Positions 18,760 through 28,694 are shown, counted from the first letter of the stretch. The stretch: 64,000 bases of DNA from Candidatus Hydrogenedentota bacterium (GCA_045863335.1 BTVY01000011.1:1-64000); one strand, 5' to 3'. Made by a program: numbers and translations. The notes: generated by a model from the letters alone, not told the origin.

Positions 18760-19764
18760 TCACGCGTGGGCCATCGCATCCAGCCAGCTATCCTCGTAGG
18801 GCGGTCGTTGCCCGTCTTGAAGATAGAGCCGTCCTGCTGCCATGCGCCGGGTGGGAATACAGTTCCGATCGATCCGGCCTTCCAGTGTCATCGCGAGATC
18901 GCGCGTGAAAACCGGGTTGCCGATGTGCCAGGAATGGTTCCAGGAGCCGATTCGATTGGCCTGGTTCTTGGGGTCGATTGTTACGAAGAATTCACTGCAA
19001 TCGACATTGACGGCCTTTCGATCGGCCAGCGGCGTCAGGCCCACGCGTCCGGCGCGCGGTTTTACGCCCAACCGTTTCGCGTTGGATATGGCGAGGACAT
19101 TGTCGTATCCGTTCTGGTAGTTCGTAAGCCGCATGATCCTCCGGTACATCGGGTTCGACCATTGGCTGTCCGCGTCGAGCGAGTCGGCGGATACGTCGCC
19201 ACCGATGAAGGCCACCTGACCGACTCGCCAATCGCTCTTGAACAACTCTCCATGGGCGTCGGCATTCGTAAACGCCTGCATGATCACATAGGCGCCGGTC
19301 GAATGGCCCAAGAGATGGATGTTCGTCTCGCACCCTTTCTCCTGACCGTTCACCAAAAGTGCGACGCCGTGGGAGACGAGATAGCGGGCCGTCGCCGCGG
19401 CGTCGCTCCGATCTTCGAGGTAGTTCAAGGTGCTGGAGGCGGACGGCCAATCAAAGGACAACACAATACCGCGCCACCCTTCCCGGTCCAGGTCTTCCTG
19501 CAGTACGGAATGCCGCTTGTCAATAATGGGAATGGAGTTGTTGTACCCGTGCACAAAGATCAACACGTCTCCCGCTTTCGACACGCGAGGATCGGCCTTG
19601 TCCGCCGCCGCTTGCTGCACTTCCTTGACCCAGTCCCCGGGTTTGATGTGGTGTTGCGGTCCGGGCAGTTCGCCATCCGGCACCTTCAAAAACTTCGGCG
19701 GTCCCGGTTCCGGGATGAACTCCCCGCCCCGCAGTTTCCTTGCACAAATAATGTACCGAAGCAT
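18760..19764 (-). CDS. Alpha/beta hydrolase (DUF900-like)
   Basis: FVHGYN, FDWPS, nucleophile elbow GHSTG, C-terminal HSWH. Confidence 0.85.
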   Translation of the reverse strand: MLRYIICARKLRGGEFIPEPGPPKFLKVPDGELPGPQHHIKPGDWVKEVQQAAADKADPRVSKAGDVLIFVHGYNNSIPIIDKRHSVLQEDLDREGWRGIVLSFDWPSASSTLNYLEDRSDAAATARYLVSHGVALLVNGQEKGCETNIHLLGHSTGAYVIMQAFTNADAHGELFKSDWRVGQVAFIGGDVSADSLDADSQWSNPMYRRIMRLTNYQNGYDNVLAISNAKRLGVKPRAGRVGLTPLADRKAVNVDCSEFFVTIDPKNQANRIGSWNHSWHIGNPVFTRDLAMTLEGRIDRNCIPTRRMAAGRLYLQDGQRPPYEDSWLDAMAHA

Positions 19765-20013
19765 AGACAGATCCTCCCCACATGTTGCTAGTCCATTCAG
19801 ATTCCCACAGCATTGACCCCGGAGGGGAGATTATGAGACTTCGAACACCTGAGTGCAAACTGAAGGGTACAAGGAGCACACTGTGAACCACCAAGCCGCA
19901 GACAGGGATTTTCTGGAAAGTTGCCAGTCGGATTAGGTCATTGACGATCTTCTGGTCGGCCGCTGGTCGGGGTACCTCGGATAAAGCCCATCGAACGCTC
20001 CCTGCTGCTCCGG

Positions 20014-21219
20014 TCAGGCCAGGTGCGCGTCCTGCGCCGCAAACCAACTCTTGGTGTTCAGGCAAATGCGCACGAGCAGGAGCATCACTGGCACCTCAAT
20101 GAGGACGCCAACCACCGTGGCGAGGGCCGCGCCGCTGGAAAGACCGAACAGCATGACCGCCGTGGCAATGGCGACTTCGAAATGGTTGGAGGCGCCGATC
20201 ATGGCGGCGGGTGCGGCGTCCTCGTAGCGAAGTTTCAATATCCGCGCCAGGCCGTAGCCAAGAGCGAAGATGGCGCAGGTTTGAATGAAGAGTGGGACGG
20301 CAATCCAGAGGATCGTCAATGGGTTGTTCAGAATCACTTCGCCCTTGAACGAAAACAAGAGTACCAGCGTTACCAGGAGCGCGATGATGGTTACTGGCGT
20401 GAGGATGTGGAGAAACTTCTCGTTGAACCAAGCCTCACCCTTGGTGCGGATGATCCATTCGCGCGAGAAGTAGCCCGCGACAAGCGGAAGTGCTACGTAG
20501 ATTCCGATGGACAGCAAAAGGGCCTGCCAGGGCACCGGCAGCTTGCCCACACCCAGCAGAAATCCGCCGAGCACGCCGTACAGCACGAGCATGGTCAATG
20601 AGTTGATGGCGACCATGACCAGCGTCAGGCCGTCGTTGCCGCGGGCAAGAAAACTCCATACGAGCACCATGGCCGTACACGGTGCGATGCCGAGCAAAAT
20701 GCATCCGGCGAGGTAACTGCGCCACAGCGGGACCTCGAGCATCTTTACGCCGTCGACCAAGAGGACCGTCCCTGCGCCGTAAGAAGCGCCCACCGGTAGA
20801 TCGAGGCCGAATGGCATTTTCACAAAATCGACCGCGTCCGCGCCGATGAATCCGCGGAAGAGCAGGCCCAGAAAGAGAAGTGAGATGCCATACATCGTGA
20901 AGGGCTTGACGCACCAATTGATGAAGAGCGTCAGGAACACGGGTTTGCCGCTCCTTCCCGCCTTGACCACACTGGCGAAATCGATTTTCACCATGATGGG
21001 GTACATCATGAAGAACAGGCAGATGGCAATTGGGATGGACACCACCGGCGCGTTGTTGACGTAGATGGCCATTCCATCCAGCGTGTGCGCAAGACCCGGC
21101 GCGAATTTCCCTAGCAATATTCCGCCCAAGATACATAGCGCCACCCAGACGGTCAGATAGCGCTCGAAAACGCTCAGGCCCTTGCCCTTGGGTTCGCTTA
21201 CTGTCGCACAACTACTCAC
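20014..21219 (-). CDS. acr3: Acr3-family arsenite efflux transporter
   Basis: [54 protein letters not shown]; GGAGGAG RBS before GTG 21219. Confidence 0.95.
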   Translation of the reverse strand: MSSCATVSEPKGKGLSVFERYLTVWVALCILGGILLGKFAPGLAHTLDGMAIYVNNAPVVSIPIAICLFFMMYPIMVKIDFASVVKAGRSGKPVFLTLFINWCVKPFTMYGISLLFLGLLFRGFIGADAVDFVKMPFGLDLPVGASYGAGTVLLVDGVKMLEVPLWRSYLAGCILLGIAPCTAMVLVWSFLARGNDGLTLVMVAINSLTMLVLYGVLGGFLLGVGKLPVPWQALLLSIGIYVALPLVAGYFSREWIIRTKGEAWFNEKFLHILTPVTIIALLVTLVLLFSFKGEVILNNPLTILWIAVPLFIQTCAIFALGYGLARILKLRYEDAAPAAMIGASNHFEVAIATAVMLFGLSSGAALATVVGVLIEVPVMLLLVRICLNTKSWFAAQDAHLA

Positions 21220-21221
21220 TG

Positions 21222-21665
21222 CTACTCCTCCAATGCACCGGGCAGCGTCTCCACGTATGCCCGAATCCCGTCTCGCACCCGCCGGTAATGGCCGAGCGCT
21301 TCCTCGTCTGTTTTTGCATCCTTTGCAAGCTTCGGTGGATCGTCGAAGCCCACGTGAACCACTTTCGCGTTGCGCGGAAAGATCGGACAGGTCTCGTGCG
21401 CGTGCGCGCATACGGTCACAACGTAGTCGAAGTTCACATCATCCAACTCGCGCAGGAGTTTCGAATGCTGCCCCGAGATATCGACGCCTGCTTCCGCCAT
21501 GACCTGTACCGCGCGTGGATTCATGCCATGGGTTTCGATGCCCGCGGAGTACGCATCGATTGCGTCGCTTTTCAGCGCGCGCGCCCAGCCCTCCGCCATT
21601 TGGCTCCGGCACGAATTTCCCGTGCAGAGAAACAGTACCTTCAGTTTTTCGCCTTCGTGCGGCAT
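21222..21665 (-). CDS. arsC: Thioredoxin-coupled arsenate reductase (LMW-PTP fold)
   Basis: [14 protein letters not shown]-loop, VTVC..A.E.CP.FP, FDDP. Confidence 0.93.
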   Translation of the reverse strand: MPHEGEKLKVLFLCTGNSCRSQMAEGWARALKSDAIDAYSAGIETHGMNPRAVQVMAEAGVDISGQHSKLLRELDDVNFDYVVTVCAHAHETCPIFPRNAKVVHVGFDDPPKLAKDAKTDEEALGHYRRVRDGIRAYVETLPGALEE

Positions 21666-22012
21666 GTGCGCCCTTTCTTTTTCGCCGTCGAGCGACACGA
21701 TTTTGTTTCAAATCCGCACAGTTCCGGACGGCCTTCGCAACAGTCGGCCGCAAGGTACCGAAACAAACTCTGTACGCCCTCGAAGTCCACCGTATAAATG
21801 ATCGAGCGGCTGTTGCGGCGGCGTTCCAGGAGTCCGGCCTGGGTCAGTTGAGCGAGATGGAACGACAGGGTCGGCGCGGGAACGCCCAACGCCACGCCAA
21901 TGTCTCCGGCCGCAAGGCCGCGATGCCCCGCGCCGATGACGAGCCGGAAAACGGCGAGCCGCGTTTCCTGCGCGAGCGCGGCGAGTTTGGGAATGGCGTC
22001 TTGGATTTCCAT
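21641..22012 (-). CDS. arsR: ArsR/SmtB repressor with C-terminal CC-x6-C site
   Basis: ALAQETRLAVFRL, TLSFHL, DCCEGRPELC. Confidence 0.9.
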   Translation of the reverse strand: MEIQDAIPKLAALAQETRLAVFRLVIGAGHRGLAAGDIGVALGVPAPTLSFHLAQLTQAGLLERRRNSRSIIYTVDFEGVQSLFRYLAADCCEGRPELCGFETKSCRSTAKKKGRTCRTKAKN

Positions 22013-22049
22013 ATTTCTAAAAATATCAAAATATAGGCGCCAGGTCAAG
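22011..22049 (-). promoter_or_regulatory. sigma70-like promoter and AT-rich operator of arsR-arsC-acr3 (probably leaderless)
   Basis: Minus strand TTGACC-17 bp-TATTTT a few bp before the ATG; imperfect IR ATATTT-CTAA-AAATAT at 22011-22026. Confidence 0.6.
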
Positions 22050-22743
22050 GCGCGGTGTAGATCAGCCAAAGCCCCCCAAGAATTACGAGCACGCCGCACA
22101 CGTTTTTTAGACGGACGGCTCCCTTGCTGCGCTCGTTCCAATTCAGGTAGCGCTGGATGATTTCCGTGAACGTGCCCGCGAAGACGATCACGGAGCAATG
22201 GCCCACGCCGTACATCAGCAGCAAGAAGATGCCGTACGCGAGATTCGTTGAGGCCAATCTGAACGTCACGCCGAGAATGGGCGCCATGTAGGCGAACGTG
22301 CAGGGGCCGAGCGCCACGCCAAAGACAAGTCCCAGTACGAACGCTGCCAACGGCCCTTTCCGTTTCATCCCAACGGGACCCGCGCCGCTCCACGGCATGG
22401 GAATCACGTCCAGCAGATGCAATCCCACCGCGAAGAATATGATCGCGACGAACCAGTTGCCGTAGTGCCCCACGTCGCCCATCATCCGGCCCGCGGCGGC
22501 AGTAATGACGTCGATCAGCGCGATTGTGATGAGGATGCCCAACGCAAACAGCGTCGAAATGAAAAAGGCGCGCCGCGCGCTGATACGTCCTTGTTCGTCG
22601 ATGAACCCGACGATGAGCGGAATGCTCGCTAGATGGCACGGACTCAGAACGATGCTGAGAATGCCCCACGCGAAAGACGCGGCAATCGCGACAAGCGCGT
22701 TCCCCTCGATGGCTTGCGACAGTGTGGCGAAAAGCGCCTGCAT
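22045..22743 (-). CDS. ccdA: CcdA/DsbD-family transmembrane electron transporter
   Basis: Six-TM pattern with LSPCH and LGPCT. Confidence 0.85.
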   Translation of the reverse strand: MQALFATLSQAIEGNALVAIAASFAWGILSIVLSPCHLASIPLIVGFIDEQGRISARRAFFISTLFALGILITIALIDVITAAAGRMMGDVGHYGNWFVAIIFFAVGLHLLDVIPMPWSGAGPVGMKRKGPLAAFVLGLVFGVALGPCTFAYMAPILGVTFRLASTNLAYGIFLLLMYGVGHCSVIVFAGTFTEIIQRYLNWNERSKGAVRLKNVCGVLVILGGLWLIYTAP

Positions 22744-22745
22744 GG

Positions 22746-23207
22746 TTACAAAACGCCCAATTCTTTCCACACCGTCAGTATGGACTCCTTCGAAATGAAC
22801 CCTTCATGACGAACAAGTTCTTTCCCTTCGGCGTCGTAAAAGATCTGCGTCGGAATCGTGCGGATGCCGTATTGCTGGCCCGCGTTAGGATTCTTCCACA
22901 CGTCGATAAACTGCACCTCGAAGGTGCCGGCATACTCCGTCTTGAGTTCTTCGAGAACAGGCGCCATCGCCTTGCAGGGAACGCATTTGTCCGCGCCCAG
23001 ATCGACCAGCTTCGGCAACGGAGCCGGTTTCTCGAGGGGCTCGGCGTCCGGCGTCGGCTCGGCTGCGGCGGGAGCTTGAGACTCTGCGTCGGCTGCCAGA
23101 TCTGCTCTTTCCGGCGATTCCTGGTTGCTCTGCGACTTGATCGCCACGGTCGCCACGATGGCACCAGCGAGCGCAACAACGATCAGCGCCTTCGTTACGG
23201 TAGTCAT
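22746..23207 (-). CDS. Membrane-anchored/exported thioredoxin
   Basis: N-terminal hydrophobic helix; DLGADKCVPCKAM; IPTQIF. Confidence 0.9.
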   Translation of the reverse strand: MTTVTKALIVVALAGAIVATVAIKSQSNQESPERADLAADAESQAPAAAEPTPDAEPLEKPAPLPKLVDLGADKCVPCKAMAPVLEELKTEYAGTFEVQFIDVWKNPNAGQQYGIRTIPTQIFYDAEGKELVRHEGFISKESILTVWKELGVL

Positions 23208-23234
23208 ACGTCCATTCCTTTCCCGATTCCCCGA

Positions 23235-23633
23235 TTACTCATGGGCTTCATAAACTTCGGCGAGTCTGGCCGCAGCGGCCTCCGCTGCCTTCGACACCTT
23301 GTTGCGAGTGACGGGTGTCTTACCCTTCTTCATTCCGATCTCTTCCAGTTGGAGGTGCGCGAACCCGCCAAATCCAGCGTCTTCGAGGCAATGCTTCGCA
23401 CAGCACAGAGGGCATCCGTCGATAGCAAGCACGGCAGACGCGGCCGCCGTACTTTTCATGATGCCGCTGACGCGTCCGCCAATACCTGCCAGGCAGAACA
23501 TCTTGCCCACTCCGTCACGCGTTAGTTTGCGCGCCGCCTGGTCGGTTATCGCGCCGACATCCGCCGCGCCCGAACACGCGAAAATCAGTTTCGGTGCTGC
23601 ATGGCACGCACAACGCTCATTCGTTGACTTCAC
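23235..23633 (-). CDS. DGC-domain putative zinc-binding protein
   Basis: IFACSGAADVG, MFCLAGIGG, AIDGCPLCCA (alternative start 23660). Confidence 0.88.
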   Translation of the reverse strand: MKSTNERCACHAAPKLIFACSGAADVGAITDQAARKLTRDGVGKMFCLAGIGGRVSGIMKSTAAASAVLAIDGCPLCCAKHCLEDAGFGGFAHLQLEEIGMKKGKTPVTRNKVSKAAEAAAARLAEVYEAHE

Positions 23634-23659
23634 GCTTCCCCCTTTCCGTGCCGCGAACA

Positions 23660-23893
23660 CTAACGGAGCATGATCTTTATCTCGTCAACGCCCGGAACCT
23701 TGCCCGATACCTTGACCTCACCATCGACCACCAACGCCGGGGTGACCATGACGCCGAATTCCATAATCTTGTTGATCTCCGTTACTTTTTCGATCAGGTA
23801 CTCGATGCCCATTTCCTTCGCAGCAGCTTCCGTTGTCTCCGCGAGCTTCTGGCATTTGGGACAACCGGTCCCGAGGATCTTCAAGTCTTTCAT
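23660..23893 (-). CDS. Small redox-active disulfide protein (MTH895/TM0996 thioredoxin family)
   Basis: ILGTGCPKC, GVMVTPALVVDG, GKVP. Confidence 0.92.
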   Translation of the reverse strand: MKDLKILGTGCPKCQKLAETTEAAAKEMGIEYLIEKVTEINKIMEFGVMVTPALVVDGEVKVSGKVPGVDEIKIMLR

Positions 23894-23923
23894 AGTGCTT
23901 TCCTTTCCGTTCAGCAGCCGGGC

Positions 23924-25225
23924 TCACGCTGCCATCAAGCCGTACAGCATGCCGCTGACCGTGGCCATGACGACCACCAATGACACGAATGCGGCGGTTT
24001 TTTTCACGCCGAGCACGCTGTTAATCACGATCATGTTCGGCAGGCTCAGCGCCGGTCCTGCGAGCAAGAGCGCCAGCGCGGGTCCTTGTCCCATACCGCT
24101 GCCGATCAGCCCTTGCACGATCGGCACCTCGGTGAGGGTTGCAAAGTACATGAAGGCCCCCACCACCGACGCGAAGAGGTTCGCCCACAGAGAATTGCCG
24201 CCCACCAGCGATGCAACCCACTGAGACGGAATCAGCCCTTCCTCGCCGGGCCGGCCCAGCAGGAACCCTGCCGCCAACACGCCGAAGAACAACAAGGGGA
24301 GAATTTGTTTGGCAAAGGTCCACGTCGACGAGAACCAGTCCTGCATGGTCTCGTCGCTGGTATTCGTGATGTAGACCAGGCCGAGCACCCCAAGGACGAA
24401 CGGGACCATCGGCTCGTGGGGGGCGAACAGCGCGGAACCCAGAACCACGGCGCCAACGATCACCACCTTCCACCAGCGCGCATTGAACCACGCCACGAGG
24501 ATCGCGCCCAGTCCGAGCGCCGAAATACCGGTGAGCGCCCACTTCCAGTCGTACAGGAGGTGCCAGAATCCTTCCGTCTGGTCGGGCTTGCCCCAGTTTG
24601 CGAACACGAGAACGGCCACCATCGCGGCGAAGTACAGCCCGTTCTGCCAGAGCGGACGTTCGACTTCCGCATCGGGCATCACGGCGGCCGCTTTCGCCTT
24701 CTCCAGTTCCTCCTTCCGGAAAATCAGGTGCATCAGCAGGCCGATGACGACACTGAAGATGACCGCGCCTACGGCCCGGGCAATGCCCAGTTGAAGCCCC
24801 AGAATGCGCGCGGTCAAGATTATCGCCAGCACGTTGATGGCCGGTCCCGAGTACAGAAACGCAGTGGCGGGTCCGAGTCCTGCGCCCATGCGATAAATAC
24901 CCATGAAGAGGGGCAGCACCGTACACGAGCACACGGCCAGAATCGTGCCCGACACCGAGGCTACGCCATAAGCCAGCACCTTGGGTGCGTTCGCTCCGAG
25001 ATATTTCATGACCGATGCCTGGCTCACAAAGACGGCAATCGCGCCGGCGATGAAGAACGCCGGTACGAGACACAAGATTACGTGTTCGCGCGCGTACCAC
25101 TTGACGAGGTGGAACGCCTCGAAGAGGGCGTTATCGAACCGGGCGCTACCGATCGGGAGGTAAAAACAGAGGAGAAATCCCCCGAGAATCAGCGCGCCGG
25201 CTTTCCATTCCGTTTTCCACGACAT
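23924..25225 (-). CDS. arsP: ArsP/DUF318-family permease
   Basis: LAVCSCTVLPLF, FLYSGPAIN, MYFATLTEVP, GPALSLP; multi-TM. Confidence 0.88.
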   Translation of the reverse strand: MSWKTEWKAGALILGGFLLCFYLPIGSARFDNALFEAFHLVKWYAREHVILCLVPAFFIAGAIAVFVSQASVMKYLGANAPKVLAYGVASVSGTILAVCSCTVLPLFMGIYRMGAGLGPATAFLYSGPAINVLAIILTARILGLQLGIARAVGAVIFSVVIGLLMHLIFRKEELEKAKAAAVMPDAEVERPLWQNGLYFAAMVAVLVFANWGKPDQTEGFWHLLYDWKWALTGISALGLGAILVAWFNARWWKVVIVGAVVLGSALFAPHEPMVPFVLGVLGLVYITNTSDETMQDWFSSTWTFAKQILPLLFFGVLAAGFLLGRPGEEGLIPSQWVASLVGGNSLWANLFASVVGAFMYFATLTEVPIVQGLIGSGMGQGPALALLLAGPALSLPNMIVINSVLGVKKTAAFVSLVVVMATVSGMLYGLMAA

Positions 25226-25241
25226 ACGGCACATCCATGCT

Positions 25242-25263
25242 TATTCGGCCAATAGGCCAAATA
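25242..25263. promoter_or_regulatory. Putative ArsR operator, copy 2 (upstream of the permease)
   Basis: TATTCGGC-CAATAG-GCCAAATA, 8-6-8 IR with one mismatch to copy 1. Confidence 0.75.
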
Positions 25264-25286
25264 GTCCCCCAAAAAAATTTGCGCGT

Positions 25287-25607
25287 CTACTTGACCAGCG
25301 CCATGTGCTCCTCCAGATTCGCCAGAAGAACCCCTTCCACGCATCCGAACAGATTCACAATGCACGGGACGCGGAGCGTGTAATACACCATCAGCCCCCG
25401 CTTCTCGTCCTGCACGATTCCCGCCGATTTGAGCACGGTCAGGTGCTTCGAGACCGTCGACGTATCCGCGCCGATCATCCCGGTCAACTCACAAACGCAA
25501 CGTTCCCCCTTGGCCAGCTCATCCACAATAAACAGCCGCGTCGGATGCGCCAGCGCCTTCACAATCCGCGCACGGGCTTCATACCGAGCCTGGGTTTTCG
25601 TGTCCAT
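25287..25607 (-). CDS. arsR: ArsR/SmtB repressor with helix-3 CVC site
   Basis: KALAHPTRL, ERCVCEL, STVSKHL, plus PC..FGC. Confidence 0.9.
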   Translation of the reverse strand: MDTKTQARYEARARIVKALAHPTRLFIVDELAKGERCVCELTGMIGADTSTVSKHLTVLKSAGIVQDEKRGLMVYYTLRVPCIVNLFGCVEGVLLANLEEHMALVK

Positions 25608-25636
25608 GCGTTTTTCGACTCCATATAGTTGTTGTC

Positions 25637-25673
25637 TATTTGGCATTTTAGCCAAATATACTCGAAATGTCAA
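25637..25673 (-). promoter_or_regulatory. sigma70 promoter overlapped by ArsR operator, copy 1
   Basis: Minus strand TTGACA (25673-25668)-17 bp-TAAAAT (25650-25645); perfect IR TATTTGGC-N6-GCCAAATA (25637-25658) centred on the -10. Confidence 0.85.
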
Positions 25674-25704
25674 GCAGCCCGCTTCACCTAGTTTAGAAGG
25701 GCAG

Positions 25705-27354
25705 CTAGAATCGCGACCCCGCGATGGTCACATCCGCATACTTCCAGGCGATCTGAAACTGTTCTTCGACCTTTCCTGCCGCTTCCGCCTTGCCCTGATC
25801 GCGGAGGGCTTGGGTGAGCCCGAGGAGCGACCAGCCGTTGTTGGGGAATTTCTTCAGGTCGGCGCGGTAGACGGATTCGGCGGCTTCGGGATCGCCGGAT
25901 TCGAGGAGGATGGCGCCGTAGGTTTGGCGGACGGGGAAGAACCAGTCGGGTGGTTCGTTGTAGGTAAGGGCGTCCTCGATTTCAACCGCCTCCTCCAGTT
26001 GCGCGACGGCGTGTTCGTATTCGCCCTTCGCGGCGGCGATCTCGCCCGCGAGCACGTTGAAGGCGATCTTGAGTAACTCGACCGTCGAGTTGATGTCCCA
26101 GATCGTGATGTCGGCCAAGGCGGGATCGGCGGCGATTACCTTCAACGCTTCCAGTTCGGCCACAGCGTCCGCGAGCCGGTCCGTCCGTGCGTACGCGATG
26201 CCACGGGCATAATGCCACACGCCGCGCGGGTAGAGCAGGTCCTGCGCGGGCTCCGGGAACGCGAGGATCTCATCCCACTTGCCGAACCGTATCATGGCGT
26301 ATACAGGGATCATCTTGAAGTGCTGCAGCGTCCCCATGCCGGGCATGCGCATCATTTCGTCCTCGACCATATCCGCCGTTTTTTGTGCCGCCTCCATAGC
26401 CGTCTTGCTGTCGCCTTCCATGGTGGCGGTGGCCCAGAGGAAGTGGGCGTTGTGGGGCATGTAAGCAAGCGGATAAATCCCTTGCGCGTGACACTGCGTG
26501 ATGTATTCGCTGTCGGATGCCATGGCCCGCACGTTGGCAAGTGACCCGTCGTGGTACCGGCCGACGCGAATGTAAATGTGCGCCGGCATATGCACGAGGT
26601 GCCCCGCGCCGGGCGCGATGGCGCCGAGCCGGTCCGCGGAAGGCAGGCCGCGCTCGGGATTGTTGGACGCCTCGACGGCGTGAATGTAGAAATGGTTCGC
26701 GCCCGCGTGGTTTTCGTCGAGCGCCAGGGCCTGCTCCAACAGGTCAAGGATCTCCTGCGTCCAAGGTTGGATCGCGCCGTCACGGGCCCAGTAGTCCCAG
26801 GGATGCAAATCCATCAGCGCCTCCGCACACAGCGCCTGGATGTTCACATCCCGTGGATACTTTTCCGCGACCTCCCGCATGGCATCCGCGTAGGCCTCAT
26901 CAAAGATCGACCGATCCTCGACAGGCTCGGCAGGATACCGCTGCGTGACCGCGCGAATCAGATCCTGCTCCTTCTCTGTCGCCCCTGGCGATAGTTCCAT
27001 GGCCTTCTGTGCCGCGGCATACGCGACGGGCACGTCCTCGTCTTCCATGGCGGCGTTGATATTCGGCCCCAGCACGAGGGCGATGCCCCACTGCGCCATG
27101 GCACATTGGGGATCCAATCGCGCCGCTTCCTCAAAGGATCGCTTCGCTTCGGCGTGATTGAACCCGAAGGCGAGCATGAGGCCTTGGTCGAAGAACGTCT
27201 GCGCGCGCTCCACGTTGGTGGATACGGGATAATGGAATTCGCCGAGCCCTTCCAGCAGCGGCGCGAGCGGCTTATCGTCCTGGGCCGGCGCGATGGCCGC
27301 GGCGCCAATCGCGACAAAACTCGCCAGAAGCGATCGAAGGACATACGGGTTCAT
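25705..27354 (-). CDS. Secreted TPR-repeat protein with His-rich motifs
   Basis: Signal peptide; FGFNHAEA, HFYIHAVE, GHLVHMPAHIY, HNAHF, YNEPPDW, PNNGWSL. Confidence 0.8.
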   Translation of the reverse strand: MNPYVLRSLLASFVAIGAAAIAPAQDDKPLAPLLEGLGEFHYPVSTNVERAQTFFDQGLMLAFGFNHAEAKRSFEEAARLDPQCAMAQWGIALVLGPNINAAMEDEDVPVAYAAAQKAMELSPGATEKEQDLIRAVTQRYPAEPVEDRSIFDEAYADAMREVAEKYPRDVNIQALCAEALMDLHPWDYWARDGAIQPWTQEILDLLEQALALDENHAGANHFYIHAVEASNNPERGLPSADRLGAIAPGAGHLVHMPAHIYIRVGRYHDGSLANVRAMASDSEYITQCHAQGIYPLAYMPHNAHFLWATATMEGDSKTAMEAAQKTADMVEDEMMRMPGMGTLQHFKMIPVYAMIRFGKWDEILAFPEPAQDLLYPRGVWHYARGIAYARTDRLADAVAELEALKVIAADPALADITIWDINSTVELLKIAFNVLAGEIAAAKGEYEHAVAQLEEAVEIEDALTYNEPPDWFFPVRQTYGAILLESGDPEAAESVYRADLKKFPNNGWSLLGLTQALRDQGKAEAAGKVEEQFQIAWKYADVTIAGSRF

Positions 27355-27559
27355 CGGGACTTCCTCCACCAGTCGATCCCTGCCGATAGATTGGGATGGT
27401 TCGGTCAACCTTGCGTGCGGTCATTGTAGCACACCGCGTATCCGCGAATTTTCGAATAGCTCAGACCGGATCAGACGATGGACCCCCCGCGTTCGCAAGG
27501 GCGACGGGGCGGGCATTGCGCGCAATCCCACTGGATACCGCACGCCCATGCAGGGGCGA

Positions 27560-28444
27560 TCAATCCGGTGCGGTGTCCTCCGTAGGAGACGCAGGCGGCG
27601 TCACGGGGCGCGGCGCGAAGATTGCGTGGTAGCCTTCGCGGTAGTTGGGGTAGGCGAACGCATATCCCGAGGCGAGGATGCGCGCGTTGGAACAGCGCTT
27701 GTTGCCGCGGGCGCTACGGCCTTCCGGTTCCGCATCGTCCGTGGGCGGCTCCGGCACACCGAGCATATTCGCCAGCCACCGGTACATCTCGCCGCGCTCC
27801 GCCGGTTCGCAATCGACGCCGAGGTACCGTTCCTCGGGGTTGTCCAACTGCATGAGATGATGAAGGATTCCCGCGCAATCGTCGCGGTGGACCAGGTTCA
27901 GATAACTGGGTTCGGCCGGACACGTAATGACGCGGTCACGGATGCGGTCCAGCGTTTGCGCGCGTCCCGGACCGTAGATCCCGCCGAGGCGCACGGACGT
28001 CGCCGGGAACGGTCCTTCGCGGAACATCCGTTCGCCGTCCAGCATGGCCTTGCCGGAGAAGTGCGTCGCCTCCGACGGAGAGGTTTCGTCCACCCATTCG
28101 CCATCCTGCTGGGCATAGACGCCCGTGCTGGAGGTGAAGAAGACGCGCTTGATCGAATCCTGTGCCGACAGCGCGTCGAGCAGATTGCGCGGACCCTGCA
28201 CGTATGCGGCCTGGTACCGCGCTTCCTCGTAGCCGCCCGCGGCGGCCGTGTAGAATACGCAATCGAGATCGGGAGGCAGGTCGCGCAAGGTGTCGGGGTC
28301 AGTGATGTCCGCCGCTATGGGCCGAACGCCTTCGGGCAGCCGATCGGGATTGCGCCGCAATCCCCAAACTTCGTGATTGTCGGCAACGAGCCGCGCAGCC
28401 AACGCCGATCCGACGTAGCCACAGCCTGCAATAAGAATTCGCAT
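27560..28444 (-). CDS. NAD-dependent epimerase / atypical SDR (YeeZ-like)
   Basis: MRILIAGCGYVG, FTSSTGVY, RLGGIYGPGR, NLVHRDD, GNKRCSN. Confidence 0.9.
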   Translation of the reverse strand: MRILIAGCGYVGSALAARLVADNHEVWGLRRNPDRLPEGVRPIAADITDPDTLRDLPPDLDCVFYTAAAGGYEEARYQAAYVQGPRNLLDALSAQDSIKRVFFTSSTGVYAQQDGEWVDETSPSEATHFSGKAMLDGERMFREGPFPATSVRLGGIYGPGRAQTLDRIRDRVITCPAEPSYLNLVHRDDCAGILHHLMQLDNPEERYLGVDCEPAERGEMYRWLANMLGVPEPPTDDAEPEGRSARGNKRCSNARILASGYAFAYPNYREGYHAIFAPRPVTPPASPTEDTAPD

Positions 28445-28540
28445 GAAGTCTCCGGTATGTGCAATGCGCATGCGCGCGATGAACGTTGGGAGAACCCATG
28501 GTATCAAACGTTAATGAAGGACGTCAGATTCCCCAAAAAG

Positions 28541-28694
28541 ACACAGGTGAGCGCCCTGTGCCACACACGCCTAGCCTTTTGGCAGTCTCAAAGTTTTCTG
28601 GTGTCGTCACTTGGTCAGCCCCAAGCCCGCAACGGATCAAACCGGGACCATGACACAATCGTCAACCGTGTGGCACAGGTGCCCTCACCTGTGT
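28541..28694. repeat. GTGG-type REP pair in a divergent intergenic region
   Basis: ACACAGGTGAGCGCCCTGTGCCACAC (28541-28566) and inverted GTGTGGCACAGGTGCCCTCACCTGTGT (28668-28694). Confidence 0.8.

Noticed and set aside
22013-22669. Long N-terminal extension on arsR (342-aa ORF)
   Set aside because: Out-of-frame overlap with ccdA; promoter and operator lie directly before ATG 22012
22746-23893. Selenocysteine recoding in the ars-linked redox proteins
   Set aside because: All redox motifs are in open frames with Cys codons; no in-frame TGA seen
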